From assembly GCA_902500005.1 (NCBI GenBank), contig GCA_902500005.1_3678.1: 64,000 nucleotides of DNA. One strand, written 5' to 3'. Below the pieces are notes generated by a model. That model searched no databases. It was not told where the DNA came from and saw only the letters and a program-made list of their open reading frames with translations. How positions within the stretch are numbered: the first letter of the stretch is position 1; the number at the start of each line of letters is the position of its first letter. Position numbers and translations under genes: made by a program. Source of the stretch: Escherichia coli. Lineage in GTDB: Bacteria > Pseudomonadota > Gammaproteobacteria > Enterobacterales > Enterobacteriaceae. This document shows positions 1 through 10,393 of the stretch, in pieces.

Positions 1-250
1 GCTGCTGGCTAGGTCTGTGCGGGTATTCAGAGACAATACCTCAAATAGACATTGTTGTAGAAGCCTGTATGAAGCTACTGCAAAAGCACCACTTCATCAA
101 TGGGGATAATGTTTTAAACGGCTGCTGGGCAGTTTCTGATCCGGTGGGCTATCACTCTGGCGAAATCCTTCGCGGTCTGGGCCTTTATGCTCAATACCGT
201 GGATTGTACCTTTAACATAGGGGGCTGTTTGCCCCCTTTCAGGAGAAAGA

Positions 251-3200
251 ATGGCTGATATTAAAGTTGTCAGAATTGAATCTCTTCCTGCCACTACCGC
301 AGTGACAGAGGATGATTACCTGGTTGTTCAACAACCAGACCTGACCCGTCGTGTAAAAATTGGCGATGTTGTCCATGTGGATGGGACTGTTTCTCATGTA
401 ATCTCCTTTAAGGAAGGTGGTAAGTTAAACGGCCCAATGGATTTTGCCTATTTCGAAGAGGAAGATCTCTACCTGCGTTGGAAAGGCGAATTTCCACACA
501 CTGTTCCTGCACTATCTTCACCGTACTCCGATGGTGGGATTACTGACGCTGCATGGATGGTATATACTGACCCGTCCCTAAGGGAGGAGCTGGAATCTAC
601 CATTGGCGCATCTATGATCATGACAGCCGAAGGGCAGTCTGTCCAGGATGTAATGGATGTTACTGTTCAGACAGCTAACGATGCTAAAGCACTTGCACAG
701 CGTGTAGATTTTGGTACGGTGCACACTGTAGGTGATGTTATTCACCTTGATAACTTTGTGGGTCCTGCAGTTATTGAAGAGGGAAGAACCACCAACTACC
801 CTTCTGTAGCAGCTGGTGAAAAATTTCTGAACGGTGTGGTATCTCGTCGTGATACTACAACTGTTGATGGTATTTTCCGTGGCGCTACATCCGGAGCCAT
901 GTATACCATCGCAGTAACCAACGGTGTAGCAACAACAAAAAGAATAGCACTTCGTGATGAATTTAAACGCCTGGAGGCAAACAACCCAACAAGAACAGTT
1001 ATCCGTGCTGGAGATGATTTAAACACGGCAGGGTACTTGCAGCTTGACGCAACAGGCCGTTGGGGCATGTGGAACCAACAAACAGCCTCGTGGCAGCCTC
1101 TTGCTATAGAGCAAGGCGGTACGGGGGCCAGAGATGCCGCAGGTGCACGCATTAACTTAGGGGCTTTCTATAAGCAACGTGCAGCTCTTGAGTCAAATTT
1201 CAATATCAATAACTTGACTGGTAATCAGGATGGTGTATACTACCAGCCGATGACTGCTTATGCAACTGAGGCAAATGGTTACCCTGCAGGTTCTGGTGCT
1301 GGTCACTTGATTGTTTGGCAGAACAATGCTAACGGCGGTACAGGTTGTCGTCAGGAATACTATCCATTCTCTAACGTGGATGTTTGGTATTTGAGAACCT
1401 ATCAGGCCAACACAAACCAGTGGACTGCATGGCAGCCAATGGTCAGACCTCGTAACGATGATACCTTTAGATCGCACATCGGTCTCGGGTCTAGAAACTC
1501 CCCTACCTTCGGGCACCTTTACCTGTCTCAAAGTTCTGCTGATGTTAAGTCAGCATCAGGTATTGTTAACGGGGACAAATACAGCGCTGACGGTGTCCTT
1601 GAGCATGGATATAGGATCTACTCTGAGGTAAGAAACGACAATAAGGCTTGGTTGACAATCCACCTGCACAAAGGTGCAAAAGGATCTGAAACCCATAGAT
1701 ATTTAGGTTTCCGCGAAGACGGCGTGTTAGACTGTCCTAAATACATGCAGGTTGGGGATCTTACTGGTCAGCTGACAAACTGGGGACTTGGAGAGTGGAT
1801 TCGTAGTTCAGGAGCAGAAAGAGGCTTCTGGGGGTCCAAGAAAGCCGCCAAGATGGTTATCTGGGATGGTGGGATGGACGAATCCGGTAACGGCACTCTG
1901 GAATGGGGTGTTTATAACAACCGGAAGGCCAAGTGGGAACCTCTACCTCAAGCCGCAGGTGGCACCGGGGCTACAACTTTAGCAGATGCTCAGAATCTGT
2001 TCAAAGTTCCTATAGCAGCAGGTGTAAAAGACTTCTTAACACTGCCAAGAACTGCAGGAATGGAAGATGGGAAATACTACCCAATCATCGTTAGAACAGA
2101 TCCGTATTACGCCCCTTCGACAGGTACAGATATTACTATAGTCACCAGGTCTTCATCTGGAAATGACCCTATGAACTGTGCCACCCTGCAGTGTCACTAT
2201 AGAACTGGCGGCTGGACGGACAGGGGAGACTCTTTCTACGGGGTAGTAAATTTCTACCAGAATGAAAAAGCACTTCTTGGGATGGTTGCTCCAACAAGGG
2301 GTAAACAAGAGTATGTTGCTTTCTATGTAGAGGCTCGTGCTTTCCCTGTCAGCATATACGCAAGTAGAAATGTTGTCGAAGTGTTTACCAGAGAGCAAGA
2401 TTATCAAGTCGGCTCTGTAACAAACAATCAGGATGGGGTTAAGTTCGTTGCACCTCTTCAATCAGCAGATTTGAATCTTGCTATTCTTGGAGATAACAAC
2501 ACCAATACCAGACCTATTGTTGACTTCAAAGGTACTTCAGGATTCTACACTGGTGGCGGCACACAGTGGCACTATATAGGTTCTGCTGAACGCTATGCTG
2601 TGATGAGCAAAATGAATATGCCAAAAGTCGAGCTATGGGCAGACGGTCTTGACTATTTGTGCTACGGCAGTCCTAGAAAGGCGTTATTCTCTAATGCAGG
2701 ATTCCAGTGTGCATCCGATGGGACAGAGGATCTGACTAACGGTACGTTTACCTCTAAATGCGGTAATGGTGCTGGTCTCAAAGGTCAGGCAGAGTTCAGA
2801 TCTACTCCGGAAGCGGGTCAAGTTATTGTTCGCGATGTTGTAGGCACAGCTCATAGATTCTACAACTTCAACAAGGATGGTACTTTCTCAGCACCAGGTG
2901 GTTTTGTATGCCACACAGGTGCAGACTGGAACAACCAGTTCGGGAATAACAACCCTTCTAAAATAATGGCAGGCAATGTCAACGGACCTGAAGGATCGAT
3001 GGTTGTTGGTGGGTTGTCTGTGGCATTTTCTGGAAACTACGCTTTCCAGATGGCAGGTCGTTTAGATCAGCTGTACACTCGTTCCATAGAGCAGGGAAAC
3101 CACAGAGCGTGGAACAAAGTTATTCAGCACCGTGGTCAAGGGTTGGGAACTAATGACCTTAACGACTACAAGGCAGATCGTGAAGGGATTTACCATCAAG

Positions 3201-4690
3201 AGGCAAATGCCAACGCCACAGCGGAAAGAAATTACCCACCAGGGCAGCAGATGGCTGGTACGCTGATCGTTCTTAGAAACTCCGCTAACGAAGGAACAGG
3301 TTGTATCCAGATATATAAAATGTATCTTGGTGGAACATGGGAAAGGTATTACAATAACCTTGGCAGCGGAATGGCTTGGAGCCCTTGGAAGAGAACAAGC
3401 TTCCCAGAAAACACCACCGCTCCAGTTATGCCTGACTTGTGGTTGCCTTTAACCTCTAACCTAAAACCTGCACTGGGTGAAGGTGAGATGGTCTTCTCCA
3501 GACCTTCTACAGCAACCTATTTCACTAAGCGTGGTGTTATGGCTGTTGCACAAGCAAACCAACCACGTTTTGAAAGAGATGGTCTGCTTATTGAAGGGCA
3601 AAGGACAAACCTAATGCTTAACAGTGAAGACCCTAGTAAATGGGGAGCCAGTCAACAGATTACTGTTGGTGGTACTGTGACAAACACCAACGGCACAAAA
3701 GGTGCAAGATTTACAGTAAACACTGCATCCGGTGTGGAAACAACAGCGTTAAACCTTGCTACAGTTCCAGCCACCAGAGGTGCCGATGTAACAGGTGCTG
3801 AGAAATTCTGTACTGGGTCTATTATTGCAAGGGGAGGTAAAGCGAACCAGAGATTACGTATAAGATTCGACATGTACGACGGATCCACCACAACATTTCA
3901 AGGTGATGCTTATGTTAACCTGTCAACACTTGAAGTTAAAACAACAGGTGTTGCAGCGGGGAGAATTAAAGTAAAAGCTGAGAGATGGCAAACAGCCGGA
4001 CCTGCTTGGATAAGGGTTGTTGCTACGTTTGAGGCAGTGTCCTCTGACAGGAATATCGGTTGCCAGTTCCAGATTGCCCCGCCGGAGAGTTCTCAACATG
4101 CCGTAGGGGATTGGGTTGACGTTGCAATACCTCAGTTTGAGTTGGGATCTTGTGAGTCCTCGTTTATCCCTACAGGGTCTTCACCTGTAACCAGGGCGGC
4201 AGATCTTTGTAAATTCCCAATGACGGATAACCTAGCGCCCAGACCATTCACTATCGCCGCTACGGTTGATGCCAACTGGAGAGGCTGGGGCAAAGCTCCT
4301 AACGCAGCCCCTAGGGTTATTGATACAGAGGGTCATCAATCCGGTGCTGCATTTATCATGGGGTTTGGCTCTGCAACAAATATTGCGGAGGACGGTTATC
4401 CATACTGTGATATTGGAGGGTCAAACAGACGTGTTTACGAGATGGCTAAAGCCCGTAAATTGAAAATTGGGTTCAGGATAAAAGATGACGGTAAAACCTG
4501 CTCTTTTGCTAACGGACTGGTGAGCACGGAAACGCAGTCTTCTTGGGAATTCCTAGCAGGAGGCGCTTTCATCCGCATTGGTGGTCAAACGGCGACAGGT
4601 GAAAGACACTTATTTGGTCATATTAAGGACATAAGAGTTTGGAACTCTGCACTGACAGACACCCAGCTTATGATGGAGAGTGTTGAATAA
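251..4690 (+). CDS. long tail fibre / receptor-binding protein (1479 aa) with internal repeats and C-terminal LamG-like domain
   Basis: ATG 7 nt after AGGAG; Gly/Thr/Asn-rich; two copies of a ~50-aa motif (…ANGGTGCRQEYY… / …ANEGTGCIQIYK…); C-terminal …HLFGHIKDIRVWNSALTDTQL resembles LamG/ConA-like jelly-roll motif. Confidence 0.65.
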   Translation: MADIKVVRIESLPATTAVTEDDYLVVQQPDLTRRVKIGDVVHVDGTVSHVISFKEGGKLNGPMDFAYFEEEDLYLRWKGEFPHTVPALSSPYSDGGITDAAWMVYTDPSLREELESTIGASMIMTAEGQSVQDVMDVTVQTANDAKALAQRVDFGTVHTVGDVIHLDNFVGPAVIEEGRTTNYPSVAAGEKFLNGVVSRRDTTTVDGIFRGATSGAMYTIAVTNGVATTKRIALRDEFKRLEANNPTRTVIRAGDDLNTAGYLQLDATGRWGMWNQQTASWQPLAIEQGGTGARDAAGARINLGAFYKQRAALESNFNINNLTGNQDGVYYQPMTAYATEANGYPAGSGAGHLIVWQNNANGGTGCRQEYYPFSNVDVWYLRTYQANTNQWTAWQPMVRPRNDDTFRSHIGLGSRNSPTFGHLYLSQSSADVKSASGIVNGDKYSADGVLEHGYRIYSEVRNDNKAWLTIHLHKGAKGSETHRYLGFREDGVLDCPKYMQVGDLTGQLTNWGLGEWIRSSGAERGFWGSKKAAKMVIWDGGMDESGNGTLEWGVYNNRKAKWEPLPQAAGGTGATTLADAQNLFKVPIAAGVKDFLTLPRTAGMEDGKYYPIIVRTDPYYAPSTGTDITIVTRSSSGNDPMNCATLQCHYRTGGWTDRGDSFYGVVNFYQNEKALLGMVAPTRGKQEYVAFYVEARAFPVSIYASRNVVEVFTREQDYQVGSVTNNQDGVKFVAPLQSADLNLAILGDNNTNTRPIVDFKGTSGFYTGGGTQWHYIGSAERYAVMSKMNMPKVELWADGLDYLCYGSPRKALFSNAGFQCASDGTEDLTNGTFTSKCGNGAGLKGQAEFRSTPEAGQVIVRDVVGTAHRFYNFNKDGTFSAPGGFVCHTGADWNNQFGNNNPSKIMAGNVNGPEGSMVVGGLSVAFSGNYAFQMAGRLDQLYTRSIEQGNHRAWNKVIQHRGQGLGTNDLNDYKADREGIYHQEANANATAERNYPPGQQMAGTLIVLRNSANEGTGCIQIYKMYLGGTWERYYNNLGSGMAWSPWKRTSFPENTTAPVMPDLWLPLTSNLKPALGEGEMVFSRPSTATYFTKRGVMAVAQANQPRFERDGLLIEGQRTNLMLNSEDPSKWGASQQITVGGTVTNTNGTKGARFTVNTASGVETTALNLATVPATRGADVTGAEKFCTGSIIARGGKANQRLRIRFDMYDGSTTTFQGDAYVNLSTLEVKTTGVAAGRIKVKAERWQTAGPAWIRVVATFEAVSSDRNIGCQFQIAPPESSQHAVGDWVDVAIPQFELGSCESSFIPTGSSPVTRAADLCKFPMTDNLAPRPFTIAATVDANWRGWGKAPNAAPRVIDTEGHQSGAAFIMGFGSATNIAEDGYPYCDIGGSNRRVYEMAKARKLKIGFRIKDDGKTCSFANGLVSTETQSSWEFLAGGAFIRIGGQTATGERHLFGHIKDIRVWNSALTDTQLMMESVE

Positions 4691-5022
4691 TGAATACTTT
4701 TACCCTTGGGTTTACTGACAGGGAGGATTTTAACGGTTTCATGGACGAAATCGGCTTTTACGAGAATGAGGTGTTGCAAAACACCCTTCTTGTAGAGGTT
4801 GTCGGGTTCATTTACACAGAGACTGGAGACACTTATGAGGCCGAAGATGAATTTGGCAACATGGTTGTCTACCCGGTTTGCGAGAAAAGTGAATTGTTTT
4901 ATGTTAACGTTCTGGCTCTGGACGAGGATGCAGAAAACATCGTCTCTAAAAGCGGAAAAGTTGTAGATCCGATAAGGTTGAACATGTTCGACCCATCAGT
5001 ATCCACCTTGGAAGCACTTTAA
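4690..5022 (+). CDS. hypothetical protein (110 aa), translationally coupled to fibre gene
   Basis: ATG overlaps upstream stop (TAATG); followed by terminator hairpin. Confidence 0.45.
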   Translation: MNTFTLGFTDREDFNGFMDEIGFYENEVLQNTLLVEVVGFIYTETGDTYEAEDEFGNMVVYPVCEKSELFYVNVLALDEDAENIVSKSGKVVDPIRLNMFDPSVSTLEAL

Positions 5023-5028
5023 AGTATT

Positions 5029-5056
5029 GCCCTCGCTTCGGCGGGGGCTTTTTGTT
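5029..5056 (+). terminator. rho-independent terminator (GCTTCGGC-loop hairpin + T-run)
   Basis: gccctcgcttcggcgggggc followed by tttttgtttg. Confidence 0.55.
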
Positions 5057-5120
5057 TGTATTGCGTATTAACTTAAAATCTGGTAAAATAACTATCATGA
5101 TTGTTTAACCTGGAGGCACA

Positions 5121-5711
5121 ATGTTTTTATGGGAAAGGCCTAGATACCTTCCGGATATTAGATTGGAGCTGCTGGCAGATATTGTTATGTTTAAAAGTCC
5201 GTTTACAGGTAAAACGCAAAAAGTAACCTATGCCACACCTAATTGGAAAGGCACTTTGACAGTTTCCAATATCAGCGAGTCACAGTTGCTGGAGCTTAAG
5301 AGCTTTGTTGATCAGGTGTATAGAGATGGAAACATCTTTCTTATTAAAACTTACGGTCACTCAGTTACAGCTAATGAGCCAATCGCCCTTGGGCCTACTG
5401 GTAACGACGATTTTTTGAAGACGGTTGGGTGGGAGCCAAACAGAGACATAGCTAGAGCTGGGGATAAAATATCTGTCAATGATGAATTGAAAGTGGTAAC
5501 AGCTCCAGTGCGTAGCGATGGTGTTGGGTCTGCTGTTATAAGCATATCTCCAAGACTTAGAAAACCTATTGCCGCAGGGGACACTATGAAGATAATAACT
5601 CAATCCCCGAAGGGTAGGTTTCATATCAGAGATATTTATAAAATTAAGCAAAAAGTCGATGCTATGCAAAAAGGTGATAATATAGTTATCAACTTCTTTG
5701 AGGATTTCTAA
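5121..5711 (+). CDS. putative tail-tip associated protein (196 aa)
   Basis: ATG with GGAGG RBS; position immediately upstream of gpK-like/gpJ-like genes. Confidence 0.45.
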   Translation: MFLWERPRYLPDIRLELLADIVMFKSPFTGKTQKVTYATPNWKGTLTVSNISESQLLELKSFVDQVYRDGNIFLIKTYGHSVTANEPIALGPTGNDDFLKTVGWEPNRDIARAGDKISVNDELKVVTAPVRSDGVGSAVISISPRLRKPIAAGDTMKIITQSPKGRFHIRDIYKIKQKVDAMQKGDNIVINFFEDF

Positions 5712-5712
5712 G

Positions 5713-6264
5713 ATGATCAGAGCGCCATTAGATAATTTATTTCTTGAAAAGCTGGAGCTTGATGGTGTTGAGATCTTAATTGCTGCAAAGCTGGAGCTAC
5801 CGACAGGAACTGTCAGGGTGTGCTCAGGCACTGGTGTTGTAGTAATTGAGGGGCAACATTTTATAGGGATAGGTGGATCAGCAACGTTAACTGCTGTGTC
5901 TGAGAAAGATGCCACCAACTTCGGATCTGTGGTAGCGACATTGAACGGGTTTGATCCTAAGTATGTGGGTGATCTGCTAAAGACTGAGTATTCTGGTTGT
6001 CGTGCCACGTTGTACATTACCGCTATGGAGAATGGTCTGCCTGTTACAACTAATGGCTTGTTTGACGGCCTTATAACAGATATGGCTATTCAGACAGGTG
6101 AGAATAGCGCTTTGTCCATATCCATCTCTTCCATCTTTAACAGTTGGTTAAGAGGTTTTCCTTATCGGTACACGGAGGAAAGCCACAGCTCAAGAAACGA
6201 TAATGACAGATTTTTTAAATATGTGGATCAGGTGGCGAGCCGCCCGATCATTTGGGAGGTTTAA
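5713..6264 (+). CDS. putative tail-tip assembly protein (184 aa)
   Basis: Track start 5698 is TTG; in-frame ATG at 5713 sits 7 nt after GAGGA and 1 nt after upstream stop. Confidence 0.45.
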   Translation: MIRAPLDNLFLEKLELDGVEILIAAKLELPTGTVRVCSGTGVVVIEGQHFIGIGGSATLTAVSEKDATNFGSVVATLNGFDPKYVGDLLKTEYSGCRATLYITAMENGLPVTTNGLFDGLITDMAIQTGENSALSISISSIFNSWLRGFPYRYTEESHSSRNDNDRFFKYVDQVASRPIIWEV

Positions 6265-6689
6265 TGAGCACACACCCTCGTTTAGTGGATTGGCAAGAAA
6301 GATTGTGGAAAGTGTTTGACGAAGAGGCCACCATACCTTTTGAATGGGGATTCCACGATTGCTGCACCTTTGCAGCTAAGTGTGTTGATGCCCAATACGG
6401 AACAGATTTTCTTTCTAACTTCGAAGGAACGTATAAAACAGAGTTGGAAAGCAAAAGATGGTGCATGCTCCGTTTCAAAACCACACACCTGCCTACTATT
6501 TTTGATCTCTTTATGACTCGACTAGATACTCCTAAACAGGTTCAGCGTGGCGATATTGTTATCTTCGAAGGTCTGAACGGGCTCACCGCTGGTGTGTTCT
6601 GGAACAACCAGATTTGGGCGAAAGGTGATAAAGGGGTCTTTATGTTCGACATGAAAGATTCTATAGTTGTTGATGTCTGGAGGTATTAA
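6264..6689 (+). CDS. NlpC/P60-like tail-tip protein (similar to C-terminal half of lambda gpK)
   Basis: FEWGFHDCCTFAAKCVDAQY…GDIVIF matches lambda gpK FEHGVTDCYTLFRDAYH…GDVLL (recalled from memory); ATG overlaps upstream stop. Confidence 0.55.
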   Translation: MSTHPRLVDWQERLWKVFDEEATIPFEWGFHDCCTFAAKCVDAQYGTDFLSNFEGTYKTELESKRWCMLRFKTTHLPTIFDLFMTRLDTPKQVQRGDIVIFEGLNGLTAGVFWNNQIWAKGDKGVFMFDMKDSIVVDVWRY

Positions 6690-9600
6690 TGCCAATTGCA
6701 ATGATTGATAACATCGTTGCTTCTGCAAGATCTTCAAGTTATGACTGGAACGCATCCAAGGCAGCTCTGGCTGACAGCCTGAACACTGTTACCACCAGAA
6801 CTCTGGATAAGATTTTTGAGGGCAACAAATCTTACAGAAGTCAGCAAGATAGACAAAAGCTTCTCAGATCTTCTGCTGCACCCTGCTCTGTAGTGTATGG
6901 GAAGACACGCACATCCGGATTGCTTGCGTTTTTGGAGCAGGATAGCGACAGAACCCTCCATTGTGCTATTGTTCTTGCCAATCACCCTCTGGAAGGTATA
7001 GAAGATATACTTATCGACGGTAATCCTATTTCCTCGTATGGAGATCTGGTATCGTGGGAGCTACATAACGACAGAAAAACATCTGACCCTTTCATGGGTA
7101 CACACTGCCCATCATGGTCACCCGACATGATAGGTAGAGGGATCAGTTGGCTACGTGCCAGCTTCAGGTTTGACCCTAACAAGTTTCCTTTTGGGTTGCC
7201 AAACGTTACACTTGTCAAGGTTGGTAAAAAATGCTATGATCCTCGTATCAGTAAAGAGGTGTATACCAATAACGCGGCCTTGGTGATCCTAGACTATTTA
7301 AGAACGTACCTTAAATGTCCTGACGAAACCATTAACTGGGAGTCCTTCAAGGAGGCTGCCAACATATGCGACGAGGCGGTAAAAAACGCTGACGGAACCA
7401 GTGAGCGACGTTACACCATTAACGGTGAGTTTGACATGGATGAGGCCCCAGCAAGCATTATGGCAGAAATGCTGAAAGCTTGTGGTGCAGATCTCAGCTA
7501 TGTAGCTGGTAAGTATGGTTTGCTGGTTGGTGCATACTATGGCCCGGCAACAATGACACTGAGTGAGGATTGTGTCTGTGGTGAGGTCAAGATCTATCCG
7601 GAAGCCTCATTTGACAAAAGATCCAACACAATAACTGGCAGATTCACCAGTCCTACCAAAGGGTATTCTGAAACAGATTTTCCATCAGTGTTTGTCCCAG
7701 AGTGGATAGAGAAGGATGGAGAAAGAAAGATAATCGATATAGACTATCGCTTTGTTACCAGTCCTTATCAAGCTCAGCGTGTTTCTGCAATCTTCCTAAG
7801 ACGTGCCAGAGCTGGCAGGATTATTGAAGTCACCTGCAATATGCGAGGTTTCAAATTTAAACCTGGTCGTTACGTTACAATGGACCTCCCAAGTATTGGT
7901 ATAGTGGGCCAAGAAATGAGGGTTCTTGAATGGGAGTTCACCAAAAAGGGCGGTGTCAAGGTAAAACTTCGTCAAGATGCTAAAGAGTGGAATGATGCCA
8001 CAGGGCAACTTCCGGATTCCGGCGATGTAGATATTCCGATATCCCCGTCCGGTGTAGCTCAGCCGCAAAACTTCAGATACTCCGTTCTCCAAGCTGGGGA
8101 AGTAACTCACGGTGTTTTGGCTTGGGACAACGTTGGAACTTACGCTCAAAATATTGTGCAGGTAAGAAAGAACGGAGAGATTGTTTGGACAGCACAGACA
8201 GTTGAGCAGTTTGTCAAAGTAGAAGGCTTGACCAAAGGGTCATACACAGCAACCGTGGTTGCAACATCTTATAAAGGTGGTGTATCTCCGGAAGCATATT
8301 GTGAGTTCAACATTCAGGCACCTGAAGCTCCTGTTTCTGTGGAGGTTAAACAGGGATACTTTGCTATTACCCTGATCCCGCACAGCAGAGACTTGGCTAG
8401 TGTAAGCACCCAGTACGACTTTTGGACATCTGGGATGACAAGATTGCCAGATACCAGTGATGCAACCGTTACTTCAAAAGCCACTCGTATGGGTGTTGGT
8501 TCAACTTGGACATCTGAAGGTCTGCAGAACGATAAGATTTATTACTGGTATATCAGGACAACAAATGCTTTTGGTTCATCTGCTTTTGTGGAGTGTGCAG
8601 CCCACTGTTACACATCCATAGAAGATCTTATGCCACAGATTGATGCTGAGTTCAAAAAGACAGAGACTTATAAAGAGCTTACCGCCAATCTTGATAATGC
8701 AGTCAAGGAAATGGATAAAAATGTTGGTGCAGTCAATGACCGTGTTACTAGCATTTTTGAAGAGCTTGGGGATACAATAGAGGGTGTTGTCAGAGAGACG
8801 ACAGAAAAATTTACAGGGGTTAATGGAGAAATTTCTGCCCTTAACAGTAAGCTGGTAGCAGCTCAGCAATCATTTGACGATAAACTTGCAGCAGAGTCTG
8901 GTAGGCTTGGGTCACTAATCGAGACAACAAATAGATCAACCGTTGATCTTGTTAATCGTAAAACTCAAGCATTGAGTGAGCAAATAACTGCAACTCAAGG
9001 TACTCTGCGGGAAGAGTTGAAGAACACTGAGAGCAAACTTAACTCCTCTATTCAAGAAACCAACAAGGCAACAACAGATCTGCTAAATAAGACAACGGAA
9101 GCTATTAAGCAGGATCTGGTGGCAGCTACAGGGAAGATCACCAAGCTGGAAGATGATGTGCAGAAAGAGGTTGCCAATCTGCAAGCATCTATTCAAGAAA
9201 CTAATAGTACAACAGTCGATCTTGTTAATAATACAGCCACAGCGATCCGTCAAGAACTTACCTCTGCAAAACAAGAAATTGTTGACGAAATGGGTAATAT
9301 TGATGAGCTCAGGGCTACAGTATCTAATACCTCTAAAGCTGTAACAACACTTGATGGTAAAATAAATGCTCAGTGGGGAGCTAAGATTCAGGTAGACTCT
9401 GCAGGGAATAAGTATGTTGCAGGTATCCAGCTGGGCATGGAGGGGTCTGGAGGACAAGTTCAATCCTACTTCATGGTTAGTGCAAACAATTTTGCGGTAT
9501 ACAACCCTGGAAATGGAACAGCAACCCTTGCTTTCGCAATCAAGAACAACCAAGCGTTCTTGAAAGACGCTTTTATAGAGAATGGCACGATCTCCTCTGC

Positions 9601-10288
9601 CAAGATCGCACAAGAAATTTCGTCAAACAACTACGATGGCAACGGGTACCATAAATACGGTTGGTACATTAACAAGAACGGGCACGCCCAATTTATGGAT
9701 GTGTGGGTGAAAGGCAACATCAACGCCAGTTCTGGTAACTTCACAGGGGCAGTTAACGCCACCAGTGGTACCTTCCGTGGTGATGTTTATGCCAATAATG
9801 GTAGCTTTAGAGGCACCATAGATGCAACCGGAGGTACCTTCCGTGGTCGTGTAGAAGCTTCTGTTATCCGTGCTAACCAGTTCGAAGGTGCGATTGTTGC
9901 ACACAGGACTTACGGAGATTGTGCTCCAGTATATAACTCCCAGCAAAGGGTTTGCCGTTGGAGGTGGAGATACGTAGATAACGTTTCAGGTCAGGGTAAG
10001 AACGTAACATTCTTCTTTAAACTGAATGGTACTCTTGCCAGCTCCCAACTGAATGCATGGATAGCTGGTCATCAGATCCTTGCTGGCAAGAAGTATTTTA
10101 ACGACAACAACGGCATGTGTGCGGTAGGGATAACAGGTCTGGGTGAACAAACTATAGACATTGTTATCGAGATTTACACACCGTGGTCAACGTCGAGCGT
10201 GACAGGTGTCACAATCTCCTGTCCCACTGTGATCGTTAGTCGTTCTAACTCAAGCTTCCAGGGACCTTGGAACGAGTCTCACGACTAA
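6689..10288 (+). CDS. central tail fibre / host-specificity protein, lambda gpJ-like (1199 aa)
   Basis: Segments …APEAPVSVEVKQGYFAITLIPH…YYWYIRTTNAFGSSAFVE… and …KYVAGIQLGMEGSGGQ…FMVSANNFAVYNP… closely resemble lambda J FN3/C-terminal regions (from memory); internal coiled-coil repeats. Confidence 0.8.
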   Translation: MPIAMIDNIVASARSSSYDWNASKAALADSLNTVTTRTLDKIFEGNKSYRSQQDRQKLLRSSAAPCSVVYGKTRTSGLLAFLEQDSDRTLHCAIVLANHPLEGIEDILIDGNPISSYGDLVSWELHNDRKTSDPFMGTHCPSWSPDMIGRGISWLRASFRFDPNKFPFGLPNVTLVKVGKKCYDPRISKEVYTNNAALVILDYLRTYLKCPDETINWESFKEAANICDEAVKNADGTSERRYTINGEFDMDEAPASIMAEMLKACGADLSYVAGKYGLLVGAYYGPATMTLSEDCVCGEVKIYPEASFDKRSNTITGRFTSPTKGYSETDFPSVFVPEWIEKDGERKIIDIDYRFVTSPYQAQRVSAIFLRRARAGRIIEVTCNMRGFKFKPGRYVTMDLPSIGIVGQEMRVLEWEFTKKGGVKVKLRQDAKEWNDATGQLPDSGDVDIPISPSGVAQPQNFRYSVLQAGEVTHGVLAWDNVGTYAQNIVQVRKNGEIVWTAQTVEQFVKVEGLTKGSYTATVVATSYKGGVSPEAYCEFNIQAPEAPVSVEVKQGYFAITLIPHSRDLASVSTQYDFWTSGMTRLPDTSDATVTSKATRMGVGSTWTSEGLQNDKIYYWYIRTTNAFGSSAFVECAAHCYTSIEDLMPQIDAEFKKTETYKELTANLDNAVKEMDKNVGAVNDRVTSIFEELGDTIEGVVRETTEKFTGVNGEISALNSKLVAAQQSFDDKLAAESGRLGSLIETTNRSTVDLVNRKTQALSEQITATQGTLREELKNTESKLNSSIQETNKATTDLLNKTTEAIKQDLVAATGKITKLEDDVQKEVANLQASIQETNSTTVDLVNNTATAIRQELTSAKQEIVDEMGNIDELRATVSNTSKAVTTLDGKINAQWGAKIQVDSAGNKYVAGIQLGMEGSGGQVQSYFMVSANNFAVYNPGNGTATLAFAIKNNQAFLKDAFIENGTISSAKIAQEISSNNYDGNGYHKYGWYINKNGHAQFMDVWVKGNINASSGNFTGAVNATSGTFRGDVYANNGSFRGTIDATGGTFRGRVEASVIRANQFEGAIVAHRTYGDCAPVYNSQQRVCRWRWRYVDNVSGQGKNVTFFFKLNGTLASSQLNAWIAGHQILAGKKYFNDNNGMCAVGITGLGEQTIDIVIEIYTPWSTSSVTGVTISCPTVIVSRSNSSFQGPWNESHD

Positions 10289-10296
10289 CCTTTAAA

Positions 10297-10324
10297 GCCC
10301 CGCTTCGGCGGGGTTTATTTTTAT
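10297..10324 (+). terminator. rho-independent terminator
   Basis: gccccgcttcggcgggg hairpin + tttattttt. Confidence 0.55.
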
Positions 10325-10393
10325 GCTCAGATTGACTATTGTTACAAAATTTGGTAAAATACCTTGTAGAGATTTTCATACCGGAGGAGTGAC